From assembly GCF_009914755.1 (NCBI RefSeq), contig NC_060940.1: a stretch of 64,000 bases of DNA; one strand, written 5' to 3'. This document shows, piece by piece, positions 43,501-57,200 of the stretch. The translations under genes were made by a program, and so were the position numbers. The DNA is from the human T2T-CHM13v2.0 reference genome, Homo sapiens. The notes under the pieces are model-generated. The model saw nothing but the letters and a program-made list of their open reading frames with translations, did no database searches and was not told where the DNA came from. Each line of letters opens with the position of its first letter. Position 1 is the stretch's first letter.

Positions 43501-44620
43501 ATGATTACATTCGAGTCCATACGATGATTCCACTCAATTCCATATGATGATGATTCCATTCGATTCCATTCGATGATTCCATTCTATTCTATTCAATGGT
43601 GATTCCATTCGAGTACATTAGATGATTCCATTCGATTCCATTCAATGATGATTCTATTTGTGTCCCTTAGATGGTTCCACATGATTCCATTACATGATGA
43701 TACTATTTGAGCCCATCCAATGATTCCCTTCGATTCCATTCGATGAGGATTCCATTCGATTCAATTCATTGGTGATTCTATTCAATTCAATTCTTTGATT
43801 CCATTCCATTCCATTCGACAATGATTCCATTCGATTTCTTTCGATGATTCCACTCGATTCCACTTGACATTGATTCCATTCGATTCCATTCAATGATTCC
43901 GTTTGATTCCAGTGGATGATGATTGCCATCGATTCCATTCGATCACTCCATTCTATTCCATTTGATGATGATTACATTCGATTCCATTTGATGATTCCAT
44001 CTGATTCTATTCGAGGATTCCATTTGATTCCATTCGATGATGATTCCATTCGAGTCCATTCGATGATTTCATTCGAGTACATCCAATGATTCCATTCGAG
44101 TCCATTTGATGATTCCATTTGATTCCATTTGATTATGATTCTACTAGAGTCCATTCAATGACTCCATTCGAATCCATTCATCAATTCCATTCGAGTCCAT
44201 TCGATGATTCCATTTCATGATTCCATTCGAGTCCATTTAATCATTACAGTCAAGTCCGTTTGGTGATTCCACTGGATTTCTTTTGATAATGATACCATTC
44301 AATTACATTTGATGATGATCCCATTCAATTTCATTTGATGATGATTCCATTAGAGTCCATTCGATGATTTCATTCGAGTCCCTTCATTGATTCCATCCGA
44401 TTTCATTTGATGATGACTCCATTCGAGTTCATTCGATGATTCCACTCGATTCCATTAGATGATTCCATTGGAGTCCATTTCATTGTTCCATTCGATTCCA
44501 TTCGATTCCTTTCGAAGATTATTCCATTTGAGTCCATTCGATGATGATTCCATTCCATTCCATTCGATGATTCCGTTTGATTCCATTCGATGATTCCCTT
44601 CGATTCCTTTCTTTGATGAT
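40546..44620 (+). repeat. Nested unit 7b, short form lacking its first ~2 kb
   Basis: Begins at the equivalent of unit-1 position ~1975 (GATGATTGGATTCG at ~40581). It has a single copy of the 731-bp block and a 49-bp deletion at ~43235. Confidence 0.85.
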
Positions 44621-46801
44621 TCCATTCCATTCCATTCAATGATTCCATTCGAATCTATTCCATGATGATTCCTTGCGATTCCATTCGCTGATGTTTCCGT
44701 TCAATTCCATTCGATGATGATTCCATTCGATTCCATTCATTGAGGATTCCATTTGATTCCATTCAATGATGATTCCGTTCTATTCCATTCAATGATTGCA
44801 TTCAATTCCATTCAATGATTATCCCCTTAGAGTAAACTCAATGATTCCATTCAATACCATTCGATGATGATTCCTTTTGAGTCCATTCAATGATTTCATT
44901 CAAGTCCATTTGATGATTCCTTTCAATTCCATTCTATGATGATTCCATTCGAGTCCATTCAATGATTCCATTCAATTGCATTCGATGATTCCATTATATT
45001 CCAGTCAACGATGATTCCATTCGAGTCCATTCGATGATTCCATTAGAGTACATTTAATGATTGCTTTGTTTTCAATTCGAAGATGATTACATTGGATTCC
45101 ATTCTATGATACCATTCGATTCCATTCAATGATGATTCCACTCAAATCCATTGGATGATTCCATTCGTGTCCGTTCGGTGATTTCATTAGATTCCATTCG
45201 AGGATGATTCCATTCGATTCCATTCGATGATTCCATTCAATTCCATTCGATGATGATTCCATTCCAGTCCATATGATCATTCCATTTGATTTCATTCGAT
45301 GATGATTCCATTCGATTCCATTCGATGATTCCATTCTATTCCATTCGATGATGATTCCATTCGAGTCCATTCGATGATTCCATTCGAGTCCATTTAATGA
45401 TTCCATTGGGTTCAATTCAATGATGATTACATTGGATTCCGTTCTATGATTCCATTCAATTCCGTTCATTGACAATTTGATTCCATTCGATGATGATTCC
45501 ATTTGAGTTCATTCGATGATTCTATTCGATTCTCTTCGATGGTGATTCAATTCTATTATATTGGATGATTCCATTCGATTCCATTTGATGTTGATTCAAT
45601 TCGATTCTATTCGATGATGATTCCATTGGATTTCACTTGATGATTCTATTCGATTCCATTCAATGATGATTCACTTCTCGTCCATTGGATGATTCCATTT
45701 CATTCCATTCGATGATGATTCCATTCGATTCCTTTCGATGATTCCATTTGATTCCATGCGACGGTGAGCAATTCGATTCAATTCCATGATGATTCTATTT
45801 GATTCAATTAGATGATGTTTCCATTCGAATCCATTCCATGATTATTCCATTGGAATCCATTCGGCGATGATTCCATATGAGTCAATTCAATGATGATTCC
45901 ATATGGGTCCGTTCGATGATAATTCCATTTGATTTCATTCGATGCTTCTATTCAATTCCAGTCGATGATGATTCCGTTGGAGTCCATACGATGATTCCAT
46001 TTGATTTCATTTGATGATGATTCCATTCGATGATGATTACATTGGATTCCATTCTATGATTCCATTCAATTCCATTCGTTGATGATTCGATTCCATTCAA
46101 TGATGATTCCATTTGAGTTCATTCGATGATTCTATTCGATTCCGTTCGATGGTGATTCAATTCTATTATATTGGATGATTCCACTCGATTCCATTTGATG
46201 ATTATTCCATTGGAGTCCACTTAGTGAATCCTTTAGACTCTACTCGAAGATGATTCCATTCGAGTCCATTCGATGATACCATTCAATTCCATTCGTTGAT
46301 GCTTCCATTCAAGTGCATTCGATGATATCATTCGATTCCATTTGATGATAATTCCATTTGATTCCATGCGATGATTCTATTCGATTCCATTCAATGATAA
46401 TTCCATTCAATTCAGTGATTCCTCTGGACTCCATTTGATGATGATTCCATTCAATGATTCCGTTCGATTCTATTCCAAAATGATTCCATTTGAATCCATT
46501 TGATGATGATTCCATTAGATTCCATTTGATGATTCCATTCGATTCCATTTGACGATGATTCCATTCGATTCCATTTGCTGATTCCATTCTATTCTATTCG
46601 ATGACGATTCCATTCGATTCCATTCGATGATGATTGGATTCGATTCCATTTGATGATATCATTTGATTCCATTCGTTAATGATTTTGATCAACTCCATTC
46701 GATGATTCCATTTAATTCCATTCGATAATGATTACATCCGAGTCCATTCAATGATTCCATTTGAGCCCGTTCGATAATTCCATTTGAGTCCAATCAATGA
46801 T
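44621..46801 (+). repeat. Nested unit 8, truncated 2181-bp variant
   Basis: Marker spacing 45104 to 47285. The junction at ~46812-46833 joins unit position ~2210 to the next unit start. Confidence 0.88.
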
Positions 46802-49800
46802 TCCATTCATTTCCATTCAATGATTCCATTCGAATCTATTCCATGATGATTCCTTGCGATTCCATTCGCTGATGTTTCCGTTCAATTACATTCGATGATG
46901 ATTCCATTCGATTCCATTCATTGAGGATTCCATTTGATTCCATTCAATGATGATTCCGTTCTATTCCATTCAATGATTGCATTCAATTCCATTCAATGAT
47001 TATCCCCTTAGGGTAAACTCATTGATTCCATTCAATACCATTCGATGATGATTCCTTTTGAGTCCATTCAATGATTTCATTCAAGTCCATTTGATGATTC
47101 CTTTCAATTCCATTCTATGATGATTCCATTCGAGTCCATTCGATGATTCCATTCAATTGCATTCGATGATTCCATTATATTCCAGTCAACGATGATTCCA
47201 TTCGAGTCCATTCGATGATTCCATTAGAGTACATTTAATGATTGCTTTGTTTTCAATTCGAAGATGATTACATTGGATTCCATTCTATGATACCATTCGA
47301 TTCCATTCAATGATGATTCCACTCAAATCCATTGGATGATTCCATTCGTGTCCGTTCGGTGATTTCATTAGATTCCATTCGAGGATGATTCCATTCGATT
47401 CCATTCGATGATTCCATTCAATTCCATTCGATGATGATTCCATTCCAGTCCATATGATCATTCCATTTGATTTCATTCGATGATGATTCCATTCGATTCC
47501 ATTCGATGATTCCATTCTATTCCATTCGATGATGATTCCATTCGAGTCCATTCGATGATTCCATTCGAGTCCATTTAATGATTCCATTGGGTTCAATTCA
47601 ATGATGATTACATTGGATTCCGTTCTATGATTCCATTCAATTCCGTTCATTGACAATTTGATTCCATTCGATGATGATTCCATTTGAGTTCATTCGATGA
47701 TTCTATTCGATTCTCTTCGATGGTGATTCAATTCTATTATATTGGATGATTCCATTCGATTCCATTTGATGTTGATTCAATTCGATTCTATTCGATGATG
47801 ATTCCATTGGATTTCACTTGATGATTCTATTCGATTCCATTCAATGATGATTCACTTCTCGTCCATTGGATGATTCCATTTCATTCCATTCGATGATGAT
47901 TCCATTCGATTCCTTTCGATGATTCTATTTGATTCCATGCGACGGTGAGCAATTCGATTCAATTCCATGATGATTCTATTTGATTCAATTAGATGATGTT
48001 TCCATTCGAATCCATTCCATGATTATTCCATTGGAATCCATTTGGCGATGATTCCATATGAGTCAATTCAATGATGATTCCATATGGGTCCGTTCGATGA
48101 TAATTCCATTTGATTTCATTCGATGCTTCTATTCAATTCCAGTCGATGATGATTCCGTTGGAGTCCATACGATGATTCCATTTGATTTCATTTGATGATG
48201 ATTCCATTCGATGATGATTACATTGGATTCCATTCTATGATTCCATTCAATTCCATTCGTTGATGATTCGATTCCATTCAATGATGATTCCATTTGAGTT
48301 CATTCGATGATTCTATTCGATTCCGTTCGATGGTGATTCAATTCTATTATATTGGATGATTCCACTCGATTCCATTTGATGATTATTCCATTGGAGTCCA
48401 CTTAGTGAATCCTTTAGATTCTACTCGAAGATGATTCCATTCGAGTCCATTCGATGATACCATTCAATTCCATTCGTTGATGCTTCCATTCAAGTGCATT
48501 CGATGATATCATTCGATTCCATTTGATGATAATTCCATTTGATTCCATGCAATGATTCTATTCGATTCCATTCAATGATAATTCCATTCAATTCAGTGAT
48601 TCCTCTGGACTCCATTTGATGATGATTCCATTCAATGATTCCATTCGATTCTATTCGAAAATGATTCCATTTGAATCCATTTGATGATGATTCCATTAGA
48701 TTCCATTTGATGATTCCATTCGATTCCATTTGATGATGATTCCATTCGATTCCATTTGATGATTCCATTCTATTCTATTCGATGATGATTCCATTCGATT
48801 CCATTCGATGATGATTGGATTCGATTCCATTTGATGATTTCATTTGATTCCATTCGTTAATGATTTCGATCAACTCCATTCGATGATTCCATTTAATTCC
48901 ATTCAATAATGATTACATCCGAGTCCATTCGATGATTCCATTTGAGCCCGTTCGATAATTCCATTTGAGTCCAATCAATGATTCCATTCATTTCCATTCA
49001 ATGATTCCATTCGAGTCCATTTGATCATTCCGGTAGGGTCCGTTCGATGTTGATTCCATTGGAGTGCATTCGATGATTCCATTCGAGTCCATTTTATGAT
49101 TTGATTCGAGTCCTTTCGATGATTCCATTCGATTCCACTCGATGATGATTTCATTCGAGTCCATTCGACACTTCCAATCGATTCCATTTGATGTTTCCAT
49201 TCGAGTCCAATTGATGATTCCATTCAATTCCATTCGATGATGATTCCGTACGATTCCATTCTGTGATGATTCCATGTGATTGCATTCAATGATGATTCCT
49301 TTCGATTGCATTCGATTATGATTCATTTCGTGTTCATTCTATGGTTCCACAGGTTTCCATTCGATGACGTTTCCGTTCGTGTCCATTCCATTATTCCATT
49401 CTCTTTCATTTGATGATGATTCCATTCGATTCCATTCATTGGTGATTCCACTCAATTCCATTCAATGATTCCATTCCATTTCTTTCAACAATGATTCCAT
49501 TAGTTTCTATTCGATGATCCACTTGATTCCATTTGGCGATGATTCCATTCGTGTCCATTCGATGATTCCATTTGATTCCATATGATGATGATTCCATTCG
49601 ATTCCATACGATGATGATTCCATTCGAGTCCATTCAATGGTGATTCCATTCAATTCCATTCGATGATTCCTTCCGATTCCATTCGATGATGATGGCATTC
49701 GATTCCTTTCAATCATTCCCTTTGATTCCATTCAAAGGTGATTTCATTCAAGTCCATTCGATAATTGCATTCGATTCCATTCTATGATGATTCCATTCGA

Positions 49801-52800
49801 TTCCATTTGATGATTCCATTCAATTCAAGTCAATGATGGTTTCATTCGATTCCACTCGATGATTCCATTGGATTCCATTCGATGATGATTCCATTCAAAT
49901 CCATTCGATAATTCAATTCAAGTCCATTCGATGATGATTCCAATCGAATCCATTCAAAGATTCCATTCAATTCCATTCGATGATGATTCCCTTAGATTCC
50001 ATTCGATGATTCCACTTGATTCCATTTACGATGATTGCATTCGATTCCATGTGATGAATCCATTCAATTCTATTCAATGATGTTTCCATTTGATTCCATT
50101 GGACCATGATTGCCTTTGATTCCATTCAATGATTCCATTCGGTTCCATTTGATGATGATTCCGTTCGATTCCATTTCATTATTCCATTTGATTCCATTGG
50201 ATGAGTCCATTCGATTACATTCGATGATTATTCCATTCGAGTGCATTAGATGATTGCATTCGAGTCCATTCGATGATTCCATTCGATTCCATTCGATGTT
50301 GATTCTGTTCAAATCCATTCAATGATTCCACTCGATTCCATTCGATGACTCCATTTGATCCCATTCGATGATTTCCTGTGATTCCCTTTGATGATCATTC
50401 TATTTGATTCAATTCGGTGATTTCATTTCATTCCATTCAGTGATGTTTCCATTCGACTGTATTCCATGATGATTCCATTCGACTCCATTCGATTATGATT
50501 TCATTCAATTCCATTCAATAATGATTCCCTTCGAGTCCATTCGATGATTCCATTCGATTCCATTCGATGTTGATTCTGTTCAAATCCATTCGATGATTCC
50601 ACTCGATTCCATTCGATGACTCCATTTGATCCCATTCGATGATTTCCTGTGATTCCCTTTGATGATCATTCCATTTGATTCAATTCGGTGATTTCGTTTG
50701 ATTCCATTCGTGTCCATTCCATTATTCCATTCTATTCCATTTCATGATGATTCCATTCGATTCCATTCATTGGTGATTCCACTCAATTCCATTCAATGAT
50801 TCCATTCCATTTCTTTCAACAATGATTCCATTAGTTTCTAATCGATGATCCACTTGATTCCATTTGATGACGATTCCATTCTTGTCCATTCGATGATTCC
50901 ATTTGATTCCATATGTTGATGATTCCATTCGATTCCATACGATGATGATTCCATTCGAGTCCATTCAATGGTGATTCCATTCAATTCCATTCCATGATTC
51001 CTTTTGATTCCATTCGATGATGATGGCATTCGATTCCTTTCAATCATTCCCTTTGATTCCATTCAAAGGTGATTTCATTCAAGTCCATTCGATAATTGCA
51101 TTCGATTCCATTCTATGATGATTCCATTCGAGTCCATTTGATGATTCCATTCAATTCAAGTCAATGATGATTCCATTCGATTCCATTCGATGATTCCATT
51201 GGATTCCATTCGATGATGATTCCATTCAAATCCATTCGATAATTCAATTCAAGTCCATTCAATGATGATTCCAATCGAATCCATTCAAAGATTCCATTCA
51301 GTTCCATTCGATGATTCCCTTAGATTCCATTCGATGATTCCACTTGTTTCCATTTACGATGATTCCATTCGATTCCATGTGATGATTCCATTCAATTCTA
51401 TTCAATGATGTCTCCATTTGATTCCATTCGACCATGATTGCCTTTGCTTCCATTCAATGTTTCCATTCGGTTCCTTTTGATGATAATTCCGTTCGATTCC
51501 ATTTGATGATTCCATTTGATTCCATTGGATGAGTCCATTCGATTACATTCGATGATTATTCCATTCGAGTGCATTAGATGATTCCATTCGAGTCCATAAG
51601 ATGATTCCATTCGATTCCATTCGATGTTGATTCTGTTCAAGTCCATTCGATGATTCCACTGGATTCCATTCGAGGACTCCAGTTGATCCCATTCGATGAT
51701 TTCCTTTGATTCCCTTTGATGATCATTCCATTTGATACAATTCGGTGATTTCATTTGATTCCATTCAGGGATGTTTCCATTCAACTCCATTCGATGATGA
51801 TTCCATTCGACTCCATTCGATTATGATTTCATTCAATTCCATTCGATAATGATTCCCTTCGAGTCCATTCGATGATTCCATTCGATTCCATTCAACGATG
51901 ATTTGATTCGTGTCCGTTCGATGATTCCATTTGATTTCACTTGATGATGATTCCATTCGAGTCCATTTGATGATTCCATTCAATTCCATTCTCCGATGAT
52001 TTCTTTTGAGCCCACTCAATGCTTCCACTCGATTCCATATGATGATGACTCCATTCGATGAAATTCGATGATGATTCCATTCGCTTGCTTTCGATGATGA
52101 TTCCACTTGAGTCCGTTAGAAGATTCTATTCAATTACATTCCATGACGATTCCGTTCGAGTCCATTTGATGATTCCATTAGACTCCATTCGACGATGATT
52201 CCATTCGATGTTATTCGATGATTCCATTCGATCTCATTCGATGATGATTCCATTCAACTCCATTCGATGTTTCCATTCGAGTTCATTCTATTATTCCATT
52301 AGATTCCATTCGATGATGATTCCATTCGATTCCGTTTGATGATTGCATTCTATTTCATTTGATGATGATTCCATTCGAGTCCACTCAATGATTCCATTCG
52401 AGTCCGTTTAATGAATCCATTGGTTTCAATTCTATGATGATTACATTGGATTCCATTCGTTGATGATTTCATTCGGTTCCATTCAATGATGATTCCATTC
52501 AATTCCTTTCAATGTTTCCATTCAATTCCATTCGATGATGATTCCATTTGATTTGATTCGACAGTGAGCCATTCGATTCAATTCCATGATGATTCTATTT
52601 TATTCAATTGTTTGACATTTCCATTCGATTCCATTCGATGATGATTCCCTTTGATTCCATTCAAAGATGATTCCATTCTAGCCCATTCAATCATTCCATT
52701 CGATTCTATTCAATGATGATTCCATTCATGTCGATTTGGTGATTCCATTTGACTTCATTTGATGATGATTCCTTTCAAGTTCATTAGATGATTCCATTCG

Positions 52801-54201
52801 ATTCCATTTGATGATGATTCCATTCCATTCCATTCAATGATTCCATTCGATTCCGTTTGATGATGATTTCATTCGAGTCCATTTGATGATTCCATTTGAT
52901 TCCATTCGATGATGATTCCATTCGAGTCCTTTCGATGATTCTATTCGAATCCATTTGATGATTACTTTTGATTATATTTGGTGATGATTCCATTGGAGTC
53001 CATTCAATGATTCCATTCGATTCCAATCGATGATGATTCCATTAGAGTCCATTTAATGATTCCATTTGATTCCAGTCTCTGATGATTACATTCGAGTCCA
53101 TACGATGATTCCACTCAATTCCATATGATGATGATTCCATTCGATTCCATTCGATGATTCCATTCTATTCTATTCAATGGTGATTCCATTCGAGTACATT
53201 AGATGATTCCATTCGATTCCATTCAATGATGATTCTATTTGTGTCCCTTAGATGGTTCCACATGATTCCATTACATGATGATACTATTTGAGCCCATCCA
53301 ATGATTCCCTTCGATTCCATTCGATGAGGATTCCATTCGATTCAATTCATTGGTGATTCTATTCAATTCAATTCTTTGATTCCATTCCATTCCATTCGAC
53401 AATGATTCCATTCGATTTCTTTCGATGATTCCACTCGATTCCACTTGACATTGATTCCATTCGATTCCATTCAATGATTCCGTTTGATTCCAGTGGATGA
53501 TGATTGCCATCGATTCCATTCGATCACTCCATTCTATTCCATTTGATGATGATTATATTCGATTCCATTTGATGATTCCATCTGATTCTATTCGAGGATT
53601 CCATTTGATTCCATTCGATGATGATTCCATTCGAGTCCATTCGATGATTTCATTCGAGTACATCCAATGATTCCATTCGAGTCCATTTGATGATTCCATT
53701 TGATTCCATTTGATTATGATTCTACTAGAGTCCATTCAATGACTCCATTCGAATCCATTCATCAATTCCATTCGAGTCCATTCGATGATTCCATTTCATG
53801 ATTCCATTCGAGTCCATTTAATCATTACAGTCAAGTCCGTTTGGTGATTCCACTGGATTTCTTTTGATAATGATACCATTCAATTACATTTGATGATGAT
53901 CCCATTCAATTTCATTTGATGATGATTCCATTAGAGTCCATTCGATGATTTCATTCGAGTCCCTTCATTGATTCCATCCGATTTCATTTGATGATGACTC
54001 CATTCGAGTTCATTCGATGATTCCACTCGATTCCATTAGATGATTCCATTGGAGTCCATTTCATTGTTCCATTCGATTCCATTCGATTCCTTTCGAAGAT
54101 TATTCCATTTGAGTCCATTCGATGATGATTCCATTCCATTCCATTCGATGATTCCGTTTGATTCCATTCGATGATTCCCTTCGATTCCTTTCTTTGATGA
54201 T
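46802..54201 (+). repeat. Nested unit 9, rearranged 7400-bp variant
   Basis: Marker spacing 47285 to 54685. Two close junctions lie at ~50565 and ~50709, and the 65/74-aa marker pair appears twice (49436, 50767). Confidence 0.85.
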
Positions 54202-57200
54202 TCCATTCCATTCCATTCAATGATTCCATTCGAATCTATTCCATGATGATTCCTTGCGATTCCATTCGCTGATGTTTCCGTTCAATTCCATTCGATGATG
54301 ATTCCATTCGATTCCATTCATTGAGGATTCCATTTGATTCCATTCAATGATGATTCCGTTCTATTCCATTCCATGATTGCATTCAATTCCATTCAATGAT
54401 TATCCCCTTAGAGTAAACTCAACGATTCCATTCAATACCATTCGATGATGATTCCTTTTGAGTCCATTCAATGATTTCATTCAAGTCCATTTGATGATTC
54501 CTTTCAATTCCATTCTATGATGATTCCATTCGAGTCCATTCGATGATTCCATTCAATTGCATTCGATGATTCCATTATATTCCAGTCAACGATGATTCCA
54601 TTCGAGTCCATTCGATGATTCCATTAGAGTACATTTAATGATTGCTTTGTTTTCAATTCGAAGATGATTACATTGGATTCCATTCTATGATACCATTCGA
54701 TTCCATTCAATGATGATTCCACTCAAATCCATTGGATGATTCCATTCGTGTCCGTTCGGTGATTTCATTACATTCCATTCGAGGATGATTCCATTCGATT
54801 CCATTCGATGATTCCATTCAATTCCATTCGATGATGATTCCATTCCAGTCCATATGATCATTCCATTTGATTTCATTCGATGATGATTCCATTCGATTCC
54901 ATTCGATGATTCCATTCTATTCCATTCGATGATGATTCCATTCGAGTCCATTCGATGATTCCATTCGAGTCCATTTAATGATTCCATTGGGTTCAATTCA
55001 ATGATGATTACATTGGATTCCGTTCTATGATTCCATTCAATTCCGTTCATTGACAATTTGATTCCATTCGATGATGATTCCATTTGAGTTCATTCGATGA
55101 TTCTATTCAATTCTCTTCGATGGTGATTCAATTCTATTATATTGGATGATTCCATTCGATTCCATTTGATGTTGATTCAATTCGATTCTATTCGATGATG
55201 ATTCCATTGGATTTCACTTGATGATTCTATTCGATTCCATTCAATGATGATTCACTTCTCGTCCATTGGATGATTCCATTTCATTCCATTCGATGATGAT
55301 TCCATTCGATTCCTTTCGATGATTCCATTTGATTCCATGCGACGGTGAGCAATTCGATTCAATTCCATGATGATTCTATTTGATTCAATTAGATGATGTT
55401 TCCATTCGAATCCATTCCATGATTATTCCATTGGAATCCATTTGGCGATGATTCCATATGAGTCAATTCAATGATGATTCCATACGGGTCCGTTCGATGA
55501 TAATTCCATTTGATTTCATTCGATGCTTCTATTCAATTCCAGTCGATGATGATTCCGTTGGAGTCCATACGATGATTCCATTTGATTTCATTTGATGATG
55601 ATTCCATTCGATGATGATTACATTGGATTCCATTCTATGATTCCATTCAATTCCATTCGTTGATGATTCGATTCCATTCAATGATGATTCCATTTGAGTT
55701 CATTCGATGATTCTATTCGATTCCGTTCGATGGTGATTCAATTCTATTATATTGGATGATTCCACTCGATTCCATTTGATGATTATTCCATTGGAGTCCA
55801 CTTAGTGAATCCTTTAGATTCTACTCGAAGATGATTCCATTCGAGTCCATTCGATGATACCATTCAATTCCATTCGTTGATGCTTCCATTAAAGTGCATT
55901 CGATGATATCATTCGATTCCATTTGATGATAATTCCATTTGATTCCATGCAATGATTCTATTCCATTCCATTCAATGATAATTCCATTCAATTCAGTGAT
56001 TCCTCTGGACTCCATTTGATGATGATTCCATTCAATGATTCCATTCGATTCTATTCGAAAATGATTCCATTTGAATCCATTTGATGATGATTCCATTAGA
56101 TTCCATTTGATGATTCCATTCGATTCCATTTGATGATGATTCCATTCGATTCCATTTGATGATTCCATTCTATTCTATTCGATGATGATTCCATTCGATT
56201 CCATTCGATGATGATTGGATTCGATTCCATTTGATGATTTCATTTGATTCCATTCGTTAATGATTTCGATCAACTCCATTCGATGATTCCATTTAATTCC
56301 ATTCAATAATGATTACATCCGAGTCCATTCGATGATTCCATTTGAGCCCGTTCGATAATTCCATTTGAGTCCAATCAATGATTCCATTCATTTCCATTCA
56401 ATGATTCCATTCGAGTCCATTTGATCATTCCGGTAGGGTCCGTTCGATGTTGATTCCATTGGAGTGCATTCGATGATTCCATTCGAGTCCATTTTATGAT
56501 TTGATTCGAGTCCTTTCGATGATTCCATTCGATTCCACTCGATGATGATTTCATTCGAGTCCATTCGACACTTCCAATCGATTCCATTTGATGTTTCCAT
56601 TCGAGTCCAATTGATGATTCCATTCAATTCCATTCGATGATGATTCCGTACGATTCCATTCTGTGATGATTCCATGTGATTGCATTCAATGATGATTCCT
56701 TTCGATTGCATTCGATTATGATTCATTTCGTGTTCATTCTATGGTTCCACAGGTTTCCATTCGATGACGTTTCCGTTCGTGTCCATTCCATTATTCCATT
56801 CTATTTCATTTGATGATGATTCCATTCGATTCCATTCATTGGTGATTCCACTCAATTCCATTCAATGATTCCATTCCATTTCTTTCAACAATGATTCCAT
56901 TAGTTTCTATTCGATGATCCACTTGATTCCATTTGGCGATGATTCCATTCGTGTCCATTCGATGATTCCATTTGATTCCATATGATGATGATTCCATTCG
57001 ATTCCATACGATGATGATTCCATTCGAGTCCATTCAATGGTGATTCCATTCAATTCCATTCGATGATTCCTTCCGATTCCATTCGATGATGATGGCATTC
57101 GATTCCTTTCAATCATTCCCTTTGATTCCATTCAAAGGTGATTTCATTCAAGTCCATTCGATAATTGCATTCGATTCCATTCTATGATGATTCCATTCGA

